Below are positions 11,073 to 21,401 of a DNA stretch of 64,000 nucleotides, piece by piece; position 1 is the stretch's first letter, and each line of letters opens with the position of its first letter. The stretch comes from Promethearchaeota archaeon (GTDB lineage Archaea > Asgardarchaeota > Lokiarchaeia > Sigyniarchaeales > SOKP01), in contig JBHLNF010000002.1 in the NCBI GenBank assembly GCA_048937405.1, positions 320,001 to 384,000 on the forward strand. Direction: 5' to 3'. The translations under genes and the position numbers were made by a program. The notes under the pieces are model-generated. The model saw nothing but the letters and a program-made list of their open reading frames with translations, made no database searches and was not told where the DNA came from.

Positions 11073-12710
11073 ATGGAAATTTATGAATTTAATTCTTCAT
11101 CAATCTACCTTCCACGTGATCGAAACACAAACATAGAGACCATAAAAAGCATACTAAATGCTCCTAATGAGGCAATTTACTTGCAGGCGAGAAAACAATT
11201 TGGTGAAAATTATCACCCTTCCCTATTTGCGGAATTTGATTATCTTGAGAGAATAATATCTGGAGATGAAAATCACATTTATTATAATAATAGATCTGAT
11301 ATACATAACCTTAATAGTGATCTATATTTAGAAAATTTAAATAAAATCATTTCTCTTAGAATAAAAGAAATTCCTGAAGATAAAGAAGAACTTGCTTTAG
11401 AAGTTACTGAGAATTTGGATTTTTATCAATTTATTACTTATGATGAGCCAGATCTTTTAAAATTATTAAGCAAAGAACAATCAGAAATAATTTCGAATTT
11501 ATTAAAAATCAAAAGAGAAGAAAAAGATTATATAGACCTTCTTCAAAAAAAAGCCCATAATTATAAAGAAATCCAGGCAAAAGTTTTTGAATCTTTAAAA
11601 AAAATAAAAGACTGTCAACGAATCCATCAAGTTATCTCCATTTTTCTAATAAATAGTGTATTAATTCAATTAGATAAATTAACCTCTCGTCTGAGAACGA
11701 GTAATTTTGTTTATAAAGAAAATATTACACACTCTTCAATTTTACCTATAAAAGATCTAAACACTGAGCAAGATCTCGGTGATTTAAAAGATAATTTAAA
11801 ACAATTAATGAATAAAGCATTGGGATGGCGACTAGGGCTTCTTTTCATGGTTTGTGATACCTGCTTGAAGTTTTTAGACGACGTTCCTGTTCTTGAGCTA
11901 AAAGAGTTTGAAGGTTCTTATGCCGTAGGTTTAGGTCCATGTGGTAATTGCTCTATGATGTTTGCTAGTACTTCACTAATTTCATTGGATTCAACTTGTC
12001 ATTTTCTTTATAGTATGGGAGAGGATTGGTTAACCATACCGCTCTTCAACTATATATCATGTCCTTTTTGCGGTTATAGTGCACGGTTAGAAACTCCAGT
12101 AATGTTTCACTCTTTTAAAAGAAACCAAACAATATATTGCTTTCCAAGTTCTCTTAGGGGTAAATCCCCAGAACAATTAAATGATTTTAAAGGATTTTTT
12201 GAATCTGTTCGAAATTCTTATACAATCCGGTTATCCACCAAAGAAGTAAAAAATTTCAAAAAATCCATTGAATTAGTAACGTTTGGATGGTCAGAATTTG
12301 TTTATGCGATTCAAATGGGAAATCTTGATAAACAAGCCCATACAACTCTTATAAATAGGTATTCTCCTTCAAATCGTTATTTTATATTAGATCCTACTAA
12401 CAAGATTTCAATCGAATTAGCTCCTGAGGAGATAGATAAATATGATACCTGTGAGCCCAAATTCGAAAAATCTGAAATCATTAAAAATTTCATAAAAATA
12501 GAAAGTGTAGATGAAGCAATTGAATTGTATAATTCTGGTCAATTGTTAAAATCAAAAGAAATTCTTGAAAATCTTCTAAAGCAAGGAGGAGATAATTATG
12601 TTAAATATAATTTAGGAACAGTACTTTATGCTTTGGGAGAAGAAGAAAAAGCTAGAAAAATATTTTCCGAATTAAAAGAGATAGGATGGACACCATATTG
12701 GCAGATATAG
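11073..12710 (+). CDS. CpXC-type zinc-binding domain plus C-terminal TPR protein
   Basis: CDTC, CGNC and CPFCG motifs; C-terminal YNLGTVLYALGEEEKA TPR. Confidence 0.6.
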   Translation: MEIYEFNSSSIYLPRDRNTNIETIKSILNAPNEAIYLQARKQFGENYHPSLFAEFDYLERIISGDENHIYYNNRSDIHNLNSDLYLENLNKIISLRIKEIPEDKEELALEVTENLDFYQFITYDEPDLLKLLSKEQSEIISNLLKIKREEKDYIDLLQKKAHNYKEIQAKVFESLKKIKDCQRIHQVISIFLINSVLIQLDKLTSRLRTSNFVYKENITHSSILPIKDLNTEQDLGDLKDNLKQLMNKALGWRLGLLFMVCDTCLKFLDDVPVLELKEFEGSYAVGLGPCGNCSMMFASTSLISLDSTCHFLYSMGEDWLTIPLFNYISCPFCGYSARLETPVMFHSFKRNQTIYCFPSSLRGKSPEQLNDFKGFFESVRNSYTIRLSTKEVKNFKKSIELVTFGWSEFVYAIQMGNLDKQAHTTLINRYSPSNRYFILDPTNKISIELAPEEIDKYDTCEPKFEKSEIIKNFIKIESVDEAIELYNSGQLLKSKEILENLLKQGGDNYVKYNLGTVLYALGEEEKARKIFSELKEIGWTPYWQI

Positions 12711-13312
12711 TTGATTTTATTAAGAATCCAATCGGTGCAATTACAGCATTAATAGGACTTATTGCTGCAATATTGGGGCTTGCTTATACCATTTTAAAAA
12801 TTATTAAAAAGATAAAAGAAATTAAAGAACAGCATAGAACTTCAGCTCTTCTAAAGATAACAAATCTTAACCTCTCAGGAACAAATTATAGTGAAACTAA
12901 GGAACTACGATTTCAATTAGTAAATGATGGAAAAACAACTGTTATTTTAAAGACAATGAAACTTACTATATCTGAGTGTGGTCCTAATAAAAATTTACGA
13001 ATGATAGTACCTGGAGCGGAACTACAAGTCTATGAATATAATTTGGATTTAGATCCAAATCAAAGTGAATATGAGATAATTTCTTCCAATTATACTAAGG
13101 AAAAACCTCCATTATTCTATAAAAATGGAGAAGCAGACGCTTTTCTCATAAAAATCTCCTCGCAGCAAGCTTATTGGTATCAATTTTCAATTCTGGTAAT
13201 TTGGTATTCCACTGATAAACCAAATGAAATAAGAAATACTCAAAGTCGAGAAATGAGAATTGAATTCTCTAAAACTGAACCAGAAGAAATATTAGATATG
13301 ATTGATCTCTAA
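12686..13312 (+). CDS. Hypothetical protein, N-terminal TM helix plus beta-rich domain
   Basis: Hydrophobic N-terminus; overlaps the upstream gene. Confidence 0.6.
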   Translation: MDTILADIVDFIKNPIGAITALIGLIAAILGLAYTILKIIKKIKEIKEQHRTSALLKITNLNLSGTNYSETKELRFQLVNDGKTTVILKTMKLTISECGPNKNLRMIVPGAELQVYEYNLDLDPNQSEYEIISSNYTKEKPPLFYKNGEADAFLIKISSQQAYWYQFSILVIWYSTDKPNEIRNTQSREMRIEFSKTEPEEILDMIDL

Positions 13313-13340
13313 ATCTCAGAACTTCCGATTAAAAAAATTT

Positions 13341-13951
13341 TTAAATTCCGAATATTAAAATGAATGGTAATAAAGTAATGAAATGTAAATATAGATTATA
13401 TTTAACAAATTCTCTGATAAAATATGGTGTGTGTAATAGATTAAGATATCTTAATAAATCTTCGGAAATATCCTCTGAGGATTTAACTCTTTCAATAAGG
13501 TCCTCAGGATAAATTAGATTACTTGTTAAATATTGAAATTTCACCAAAGCATATATAATAATTAAAAAATTAATACCAAATAATATTATAGAAATAGAAC
13601 CAAAAACCATAGTTAGACGTCCTGGTGATGTAGTTCCAAAATAATATAAAAAGAAAAATCCAAAAAACACGGAATAAGAAATACTTAAGATTTCTAATGA
13701 TCTAATAATAACTAATCTTTTTGCGATAAAGACTTTACGATCTGTTCTTTTTTCTTTAAATTCTTTTTCTTCCCTCTCTGTTTTATAAAATGCAATTAAT
13801 ATTGGAATACCTTGATAAAAAGAAAATAGAAATAACCACCCAAATGGTCCCCAAAAAAAAAACCTGGAAAAGTAGTGAAAATAACAATTAAAGAAATACT
13901 AATAGGTATGGAAATTATGAAAATCTTACTTTCTCTTTCTAATTCTTTCAT
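13341..13951 (-). pseudogene. Membrane protein split by a frameshift in a T10 run
   Basis: ORF from ATG 13951 (MKELERESKIF...) joins the 13341..13670 frame if one T is added at 13853-13862. Confidence 0.65.
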
Positions 13952-14228
13952 ATTAATCTAAATTCAAACCATTTATTGATTTATGAAAATTATTGTTATA
14001 ATTGATTTCTTAAAAATAATGTACTTTACTTATTTATAATTGAAATTCAAGTTCTATATGAGGAGGACTGTATTTAAGTTTTTAGTTTTCAAGATTAATA
14101 ACATCCTTATATACATTTTTTTTCAATTGTTTTTTGCTGTTTACCAATAATACATTATTATTTCTAAAACCAGAAAATGAAAAAAACAAATAGATGATGG
14201 TTTTTATAAGATATTTAGTTTATTTTGT

Positions 14229-14306
14229 TTTTTCAAAGGATTTTTCATTGAAACCAGATGCTGAATTTACATTCCATTTCTAATTTCAAAGCAAAATTAG
14301 ACAAAA
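14229..14306 (+). repeat. Cassette-boundary repeat copy R5 (long form)
   Basis: TTTCAAAGGATTTTTCATTGAAACCAGATGCTGAATTTACATTCCATTTCTAATTTCAAAGCAAAATTAGACAAAA. Confidence 0.9.
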
Positions 14307-14386
14307 AGATTTTAGTCCTATAGATATTTATCTATATTTACTTCTCTCCTTATGAACTCTTAATACTTTTTTAGGACATAAATATC

Positions 14387-14899
14387 ATGGTTCGAAAAAT
14401 CAAGGTAGTTCCACATGATCCAAAATGGAAAAAAAAGTTTATTTTGGAAGCTAGAATCATTAAATCGATTTTTAACCAAGAAATCTTAGCAATCTATCAT
14501 ATAGGGAGCACGGCCATCCCTGAAATTAGTGCTAAACCTATTATTGATATTTTGGTTGAGGTGCATAATATTGATGTAATAGATGACTATAATGCTAAAA
14601 TGATTGAGCAGGATTATATACCCAAAGGGGAGTTTGGTATCCCTAGAAGGAGATACTTTATAAAAGGAAGTGAAGAATTTAGAACATTTCATGTTCATGT
14701 CTTTGAAAAAGGGAATCCTGAAATAACGCGTCATTTAAATTTTAGAAATTATATGATTGCTCATCCTAAAAAAGCGCAAGAATATAGCCAATTAAAAGAG
14801 AAACTCGTGCGAGAATACCCAGAAAATATAAATGGCTATATAAATGGAAAAGATTCCTTCATTAAAAACATAGATAAAAAAGCTAGAGATTGGAGATAA
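14387..14899 (+). CDS. GrpB family (UPF0157) nucleotidyltransferase-fold protein
   Basis: HIGSTAIP, AKPIIDI, HVH, FRNY and YINGK motifs. Confidence 0.9.
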   Translation: MVRKIKVVPHDPKWKKKFILEARIIKSIFNQEILAIYHIGSTAIPEISAKPIIDILVEVHNIDVIDDYNAKMIEQDYIPKGEFGIPRRRYFIKGSEEFRTFHVHVFEKGNPEITRHLNFRNYMIAHPKKAQEYSQLKEKLVREYPENINGYINGKDSFIKNIDKKARDWR

Positions 14900-14913
14900 T
14901 TTGTTTATAATTT

Positions 14914-14958
14914 TTCTACGAAATTTTCATTGAACTCAGACTCTGAATTTACCTTTCC
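14914..14958 (+). repeat. Cassette-boundary repeat copy R6
   Basis: TTCTACGAAATTTTCATTGAACTCAGACTCTGAATTTACCTTTCC. Confidence 0.9.
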
Positions 14959-15082
14959 TGAAAGTTATGACTTCTATATCAAATCAGAATTTAATAGGAT
15001 TAGCAGAAATAAAAATTAAAAAAAAGGGAATCACATAAACAAATTAGCAGGATTGTAAACGTGGGTAAGTAAATCTTCAAAA

Positions 15083-15355
15083 TTATTCTTTTGAACCAAT
15101 TTTCGTTCGAATAATTTTAAACACTACGGGGTTATTCGGATCTGGACAACAAACCATTGTTGTATCCTTATCTTGGGACCAAGGAAAAGAACCGTCAAAT
15201 CTTAATGTGGTAATAGACGGATAAATCGTATGATACGCAGACTGGCAAAGTTTCCCAACGTCATCGGGATATTTAAATTTATCACCGACCTTATGCCCTA
15301 GAGGACATTCTCCTCTTTCGAGGATTTTAACAATCTCTAAAGTAATTTCATTCAT
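15083..15355 (-). CDS. TIGR04076 family Cys-rich small protein
   Basis: CPLGHKVGD, LCQSA and CCPDPNNPVVF motifs. Confidence 0.8.
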   Translation of the reverse strand: MNEITLEIVKILERGECPLGHKVGDKFKYPDDVGKLCQSAYHTIYPSITTLRFDGSFPWSQDKDTTMVCCPDPNNPVVFKIIRTKIGSKE

Positions 15356-15456
15356 TATTTTTCCACCTTTATTTAATAATTATTTTAATCTTTTCATTAA
15401 TTAAACTATTTCTTATCTTAGAGAGATTCTCCAATATTTCTAGAAGTACCTTCAAT

Positions 15457-15505
15457 TTTTTCAAAGGAATTTTCATTGAAATCAGACGCTGAATTTACGT
15501 TTTCT
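15457..15505 (+). repeat. Cassette-boundary repeat copy R7 (overlaps acyltransferase stop codon)
   Basis: TTTTTCAAAGGAATTTTCATTGAAATCAGACGCTGAATTTACGTTTTC. Confidence 0.9.
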
Positions 15506-16687
15506 CAAATGAACTTTTTCAAGGACAAAATGACTCAATAGATAGCAAACTATAACTGTTAAAGGAAATACAATTGCCACTTTTAAAGTAGGATAAATTC
15601 TTAAGAATGCAAATCCAAGTGATATAACAATAAGGACGGGTGGATGAAGAAGGTACATATGATATGCGCTACTGGATAGGTTATGTAATATAGATCCTTG
15701 TTTATTGAATTTTGAGTAAAAAATCTTAATCAAAATAAAAATAACTCCCATACAGATGACATTATCAACCATAGCAAGTAAAAAAGCATGCAAATTGAGT
15801 CCCCCATTGAAATCTATAAATTCTTTGTCCATTGCTATAGCTAGAAAAAAATCAATATAAATTATTACGAGTGAAATTATTATTGTAATTAACCAAATTT
15901 TTACATGTCTTTTAGTCATTTTTTCGAACCAACGATACCTAATGCAAATAACTCCAATGCTGAACATCATTAGATACTGAATAAGTTGACCCCATGGTAT
16001 TTCCAAAGGGCGTACATCTATAGGTAAGAATATACGAACTAAAAAAGTAAGAAATCCTAACCCTATAGCTAAAAGAAGTAAATAAGAATATTTTGGAATC
16101 GAAAATTCCTTTGGAATTTTTTGCTGTACCCAACCTAACTTAGTTACTTGACGCCAAAGTGTATAAACAGCAGTGAATATTAGTAAAACCTTAAGAAACC
16201 ACATAGGGCCCCCAAATGAAATGAAGTTAATAAAATCTTCCCAAGATAAAAATCTACTGAAGTAATAATCTAAAAATGTTCCTTGCAGCATAGGGTTTGT
16301 ATTCCAAGAAGGGATCCCTAATTTTGCTAGGGTATAAATCATAAGAGGATTTATTAATAGGGTATAAACAAGGAGAGGGATGCCGAGACGAATAAGGCGT
16401 TCTTTCCAAAAACTGCGAACACCTTTTCGATCATAACTTTTAGGAGTAAAATAACCCCCTAATAAAAAGAATAATCCTAAGAGTGAAGTTTGAAAAACAC
16501 CTCCTATTGAAGCGACAAGTAGAAAGAAAATTTCACTGAATGGATCAACTGGATTAGATTCTTTATAATACCACCACCCTACTTCAAAATAAGTGACCAT
16601 TGTGTGCCAAAAAATCACTAGAATAGTAAAAAGGACTTTTATATTGTCAAGGAAAAGATACCGTATTCTCTCAGATTCTGTGTTCAT
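15482..16687 (-). CDS. Acyltransferase 3 family (MdoC/OpgC-like) membrane protein
   Basis: FLDNIK...H, FFLLGGYF, RLIRLGIP, MWFL and YLLH motifs; multiple TMs. Confidence 0.9.
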   Translation of the reverse strand: MNTESERIRYLFLDNIKVLFTILVIFWHTMVTYFEVGWWYYKESNPVDPFSEIFFLLVASIGGVFQTSLLGLFFLLGGYFTPKSYDRKGVRSFWKERLIRLGIPLLVYTLLINPLMIYTLAKLGIPSWNTNPMLQGTFLDYYFSRFLSWEDFINFISFGGPMWFLKVLLIFTAVYTLWRQVTKLGWVQQKIPKEFSIPKYSYLLLLAIGLGFLTFLVRIFLPIDVRPLEIPWGQLIQYLMMFSIGVICIRYRWFEKMTKRHVKIWLITIIISLVIIYIDFFLAIAMDKEFIDFNGGLNLHAFLLAMVDNVICMGVIFILIKIFYSKFNKQGSILHNLSSSAYHMYLLHPPVLIVISLGFAFLRIYPTLKVAIVFPLTVIVCYLLSHFVLEKVHLRKRKFSV

Positions 16688-16893
16688 ATGAAATATTATA
16701 ACCTTATTAACTCTATTTCTTCAACTCACAACGATTTAATTATTTTTTTTGATTTAAAACCCTTAGCATTTATTTACACATATAATTTCATCTAAGATCT
16801 TAATATTTTTTGTTTATTTGATTATATAATAAAAAGATGGGTTTTAAAAAAGAACATACCAATCTTATTACTTTTTATTTTGTCTTTTTGTAT

Positions 16894-16972
16894 GGAATTT
16901 TCACCAAAATCAGACTCTGAATTTACACTTCCATCCAATTTTCACAGAAAATTAAGACAAAATTTAAAAAGG
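16894..16972 (+). repeat. Cassette-boundary repeat copy R8 (long form)
   Basis: GGAATTTTCACCAAAATCAGACTCTGAATTTACACTTCCATCCAATTTTCACAGAAAATTAAGACAAAATTTAAAAAGG. Confidence 0.9.
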
Positions 16973-17057
16973 CTCGAACCGTGTGTTTCTTAAAAAGGAG
17001 GAAAATACAAATAAGAGAAAAATGCATTAGAACAAAAAAATGATCTAATGTAGAAAA

Positions 17058-18164
17058 ATGAGAGAGAATAAAATAATTACTGATATAGAGCAGTTAACAC
17101 CAGAATGGTTGACGAGGATCCTCAAAAATAAAGGATACTTTAACCAAGGAAAAGTAACTAAAATAATTAAGAAAAGATCACAAGAAACTATAACTTCTAA
17201 TGTACATTTCTTAGAGCTAAACTTTTCAAATGATGCTCAAACGGAACCATCTTCTTCTGAAATAGTTGTAAAAATCCCCAAATCCAATGACGTATCTAGG
17301 TTTGTTGGGAAACATGAAGCAAAATTTTATCGTATCGTAGCTGAAATGATGAGCGAAATGCCAATTCCAATCTGTTATGATGCAGCGTTTTCTGAAGAAA
17401 CTGGTTTTTCACATATTATCCTTGAAAATTTATCAAAAACACATGTGGAAAATTTCGAATATCCTCCTTCAAAACGAAATAATGAAAGAGCAATTGACTG
17501 TTTAGCAGAATTACATGCTTTTTGGTGGGATCACCCCATGCTTAAGGAACTATCGAAAAATTCTTACGTTCTTTACACATTTAAAGAAAATTCTTTTAAT
17601 AAAGAAGAAATTTTTAAATGGTTTAATAACCAGAAAATGACACTCAAGCCATTTTTAGAAATCTTAGGAGAACGAATAGGAAATAAAAGTAAGGAGTTAT
17701 TTAAAACCATATTCTCATTATATCCTCAAGTGGCATATGAACGAATCGCAAAAGAGAATATAACAGTAATCCATTGTGATGCTCATTTCGGGAATTTTTT
17801 CTATCCAAAAGACATAATAGATCAAAAATATAAAACAATATTACCTGATTGGCAAAATTGGAGTATCGGTGTAGGAGGTCAAGATCTAGCATATATGATA
17901 GGACTCTCTTTCTTTCCTGACTATCGGCATTTAATGGAAAAAGATCTTATCAAACGTTATCATAATAAGCTTTTAAAGTCAGGTGTGAAAAATTATAGCT
18001 GGGACGAGTGTTGGTATGATTACAAGTTATTTACTATATTAAATATTTACAGAATTATCTGGTGGTGGAGTATTGGTATACCTTCTATAGTTTGGTGGCC
18101 TCAATTAGAAGCTTCCATTAATACTATAAAAGATTTAAATTGTATGGAGCTTTTAGAAAGCTAA
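17058..18164 (+). CDS. Aminoglycoside/choline/ecdysteroid kinase-like phosphotransferase
   Basis: HCDAHFGN Brenner motif, DWQ, DLAY. Confidence 0.85.
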   Translation: MRENKIITDIEQLTPEWLTRILKNKGYFNQGKVTKIIKKRSQETITSNVHFLELNFSNDAQTEPSSSEIVVKIPKSNDVSRFVGKHEAKFYRIVAEMMSEMPIPICYDAAFSEETGFSHIILENLSKTHVENFEYPPSKRNNERAIDCLAELHAFWWDHPMLKELSKNSYVLYTFKENSFNKEEIFKWFNNQKMTLKPFLEILGERIGNKSKELFKTIFSLYPQVAYERIAKENITVIHCDAHFGNFFYPKDIIDQKYKTILPDWQNWSIGVGGQDLAYMIGLSFFPDYRHLMEKDLIKRYHNKLLKSGVKNYSWDECWYDYKLFTILNIYRIIWWWSIGIPSIVWWPQLEASINTIKDLNCMELLES

Positions 18165-18494
18165 AATACTTATAGTTTTTTTTTTAATAAATTTCATTGT
18201 TGGAATTGTGTCTTTAGTTCCGTACACCAGACTTAATATGAGAAGAAGGAAGAATCAGATGCAAAATCCTCGAAATTATAAATAACTCCTCTTTTTTTAA
18301 TTTAAAGAAAATTAAGCCTCTTTTTTTGAAAATTAATATATTGCTCGAAACCAATCACTGCATCCAGTAATATCAGTAACTTTATCTTTCATCCCTGGAA
18401 TATTTGCTAATAAAATATTGAAATTCAAGAATAAATTATATAAAAGAGCGTATCTTCCTCTCTTTTAATCCAATAATTTTTTACAAAAAAGTAA

Positions 18495-19253
18495 ATGAAG
18501 GATGAAATAATTATTAAAAGAAAAGTTTTATTGTTATCGATTTTCGCTATTCTTGTATTTTTTTCAGTAATAAATTTCTTGCCAGTTGTTCACGGTTTAA
18601 ACCTTAATATCAATGATGCAGAAAATGATGTTATCCGTAATTGCGGTACTGGGGACGATACTGGCGATTATTATGATGAAATAGATATTGTTAAACTCAT
18701 TATTTCTGGAAGAAATGTTAATGTAACAATAGCGGGTAGTTTAGCTAAGTGGAATCTAAGTCACTATGGGAGTGTTATATTTTCTGAATGGTTCAGGGCT
18801 GTTTCAGCCCCCAGTTATTTTGCATATAATGTTCCTTATTATGCTATTGATTACGATAATGACATTGGTTCGATGGTAGCTAAATTGGAAAAGGGATACC
18901 CTCTTAATGATGAAGGTTATGCTTATGAAGTTTGGAATGGTACTGCCTGGGAAGATAGATTTGATATGGTAGGAAGTCCTTTCAATATAGTAGACACTGT
19001 GACTAATCATTCAATAACTTTTTATATTCCTGATGCAGTTGAGGAACTTCCAAGCAATATGAAAGCAGTTGTCAGTAATCGTTTCTCAAAAATCTTTGGG
19101 AACTGTGATTTTATAGATTTTACTCCTCTTCCTTCTGATCATGGGATTAATTCTGATCAATGGATTTCTAGTTATGATATATTCGTACTTATATGTACTA
19201 TGATTGGTATTTCATTTATAATAATTAAAAACTACAAAACACAGAATCCATAA
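18495..19253 (+). CDS. Secreted protein with C-terminal sorting-signal-like tail
   Basis: N-terminal signal; C-terminal ISSY, TM helix, basic residues. Confidence 0.7.
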   Translation: MKDEIIIKRKVLLLSIFAILVFFSVINFLPVVHGLNLNINDAENDVIRNCGTGDDTGDYYDEIDIVKLIISGRNVNVTIAGSLAKWNLSHYGSVIFSEWFRAVSAPSYFAYNVPYYAIDYDNDIGSMVAKLEKGYPLNDEGYAYEVWNGTAWEDRFDMVGSPFNIVDTVTNHSITFYIPDAVEELPSNMKAVVSNRFSKIFGNCDFIDFTPLPSDHGINSDQWISSYDIFVLICTMIGISFIIIKNYKTQNP

Positions 19254-19310
19254 AACAAATTATTTAATTTCTTATTTTTTCTTTAGCTATAATCTAAATT
19301 TAAAACCTTA

Positions 19311-19657
19311 ACTCATGAAGGAATAATCTGCAGCGGTTATTCTTATATGAGAGTCATAATAACACCGTTTCGGGAAATAATATAAATTATAACTATCGTG
19401 GAATATATATACATGGCAGCTCTTATTATGGAACAATTAGTAATAGCAATTATATCTAAGGAAACACTTTAATCGGAAATTATTGTTGTATTTACAAAGA
19501 TGAAATTTGTTACGATAAAATTATTGAAAATAACGATTGTGGTGAAAGCAACGAGAGATTCCCTTTCGGAATTTTAATTTCAATTATTAGTATAGGAGGT
19601 GTAATAGGGATAGCAACCATCCTTCTAATTAGACACAAAAGGAAAGGAACGGGATAA
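19311..19657 (+). pseudogene. Fragment of a NosD/parallel beta-helix surface protein with Loki-CTERM-like tail
   Basis: NNTVSGNNINYNYRGIYI...*GNTLIGN...IENNDCG, then IPFG-ILISIISIGGVIGIATILLIRHKRK*; internal stop and frameshifts. Confidence 0.65.
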
Positions 19658-19839
19658 TACACTGTTATAATGGTACCTCATGAAACCTCTCCAAACACTT
19701 GACTTACCCTCACGCTCTAAGATTGAAACTTGAGTGTCTAAACACTAAAATAAAAAATTTTAATTATTTGAGAAGGTTCTATTTTATATAGTATCAAGGA
19801 CGCGGATTAGCGGTAAATATCAAGGAGAGTAATAAAAGA

Positions 19840-20341
19840 ATGAGGATTTTACTATTTCTCCATGGAACCTGTATCATGCACAGGAATGCCTTAGGTCTAT
19901 CAAGAATTCAAATAGTACAGCAGGTTATTGAGGATAATGATCATTCAATCTCTGATTTTGCTTCGTATATTCCAATTGGTAAAGTTATTAAGAAATTAAC
20001 ATCATGGAAAAATCAAGGGGCTGAGATTTCATATCTTAGTTCTCATTTAACTCTTGAAAACGTGAAAAGAGACGAAATTGTATTAAAAAAATGTAATTTT
20101 CCTAAAGGCACCATATTTTATCGACAAAAAGAGGAAGATTGGAACGTACAAATTGAAAAAGCAAAACCAGATATAATAATTGAAGATGATTGCGAGAGTA
20201 TTGGAGGAAAACATCAGATGACTTTCCCTAATCTTAAACCGGAATTACAATCTAAAATAATTTCTATTGTTATAAAAGAATTCGGGGAATTGATCATCTT
20301 CCTGATGATATAAATAGACTAAAGGATTTTGCTGCTGAATA
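19840..20341 (+). CDS. HAD-like hypothetical protein; C-terminus frameshifted in a G4 run
   Basis: ILLFLHGT and IIIEDDCESIGG; adding one G at 20284-20287 gives EFGGIDHLPDD...AE*. Confidence 0.6.
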
Positions 20342-20359
20342 ATGATATTTTAATAAGAC

Positions 20360-20436
20360 TTTTCAAAGGAATTTTCATTGAGATCAGACTCTGAATTTAC
20401 CTTTCCATTCCAATTTTCACAGAAAATTGGGACAAA
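20360..20436 (+). repeat. Cassette-boundary repeat copy R9 (long form, best consensus)
   Basis: TTTTCAAAGGAATTTTCATTGAGATCAGACTCTGAATTTACCTTTCCATTCCAATTTTCACAGAAAATTGGGACAAA. Confidence 0.95.
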
Positions 20437-20610
20437 TATTACTTTATTAATGATACATTCGAGCAATAGTATTTTGTTTTTCAAAATTCATAACTAAATC
20501 CTATATCTATATACTATTTTATAATTCATTAAGTGGGAATTTCTCAAATAAATTTAAATAAAAGCTCTTTTATAATTAAGTACAAGTTAATCCCACTAAT
20601 TAGCAAAAAA

Positions 20611-21162
20611 ATGAGAAAAATGAAATTAGCTAATAAACTAGTCATGCCTTTAGTTTTGGTTCTTTTATCTCTTCCAATTAATGTTGGAGCAACATATTGG
20701 CTTAAGGACAGTTTTGAGGAGTCTAAAGTCGTTAATAATGAATTTTGGTACTTTAATTTAGGATCGAGCACTGCATCTTACAAATTAGATATTGACATAA
20801 CGAGTGAAAGATCCATAGATGTTTTGTTTATGGATGATGAAAATTATTATAAATATGATTTTGGAAGTAATTTTACGTATTTTGCCGGAGCAAGTCAATT
20901 AGATATAACTTTCATGGACGTTGTTTATACTACAACTCCACAAATTGCTTACTTTTTAGTAATTGACAACACGGATAATGTACCGAATGGAGCAAGTTAT
21001 ACGGGTCCAACAAATGTAACTGTGAAGGTTATTTCTACGAGAGTAGATGGTAGTAACCTCACTATACCTGGTTATCCAATATTGATCCTTGGTGTATTTA
21101 CTGGAGTTGCTGTTATTATAAGCTATAAGAAAAAGAAAAAAAGTTTTAAATTTATAAAGTAA
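20611..21162 (+). CDS. Secreted protein with Loki-CTERM-like sorting signal
   Basis: Signal peptide; C-terminal IPGY, TM helix, KKKKK; ATG 20611 preferred over GTG 20533. Confidence 0.75.
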   Translation: MRKMKLANKLVMPLVLVLLSLPINVGATYWLKDSFEESKVVNNEFWYFNLGSSTASYKLDIDITSERSIDVLFMDDENYYKYDFGSNFTYFAGASQLDITFMDVVYTTTPQIAYFLVIDNTDNVPNGASYTGPTNVTVKVISTRVDGSNLTIPGYPILILGVFTGVAVIISYKKKKKSFKFIK

Positions 21163-21219
21163 ACTATTTCAAGTAAATTATTCTCTTTTTTTACCCCAAT
21201 AGAGAATAAAGGTTTGTTA

Positions 21220-21291
21220 TTTTCAAAGAAATTTTCATTGAGCTAAGACGCTGAATTTACCTTTCCATTCCAATTTCACAGAAAATTGGGA
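21220..21291 (+). repeat. Cassette-boundary repeat copy R10 (long form)
   Basis: TTTTCAAAGAAATTTTCATTGAGCTAAGACGCTGAATTTACCTTTCCATTCCAATTTCACAGAAAATTGGGA. Confidence 0.95.
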
Positions 21292-21401
21292 TTTAATGAT
21301 ATTTTATTTTTAAAGATTTGTTATATCTAAATTTATTAAAAAGATATTGTTTTTTAGAAATGCTCTGATTATTATAATTACTACCTGTAAAAGTAGCTAT
21401 T

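Noticed and set aside
18189-18199. AAATTTCATTG after the kinase stop; similar AATTTTTTCATTGAA near 23911 and TTTTTCATTTA near 1489
   Set aside because: Possible half-sites, but too short and AT-rich to distinguish from chance; not counted as copies.
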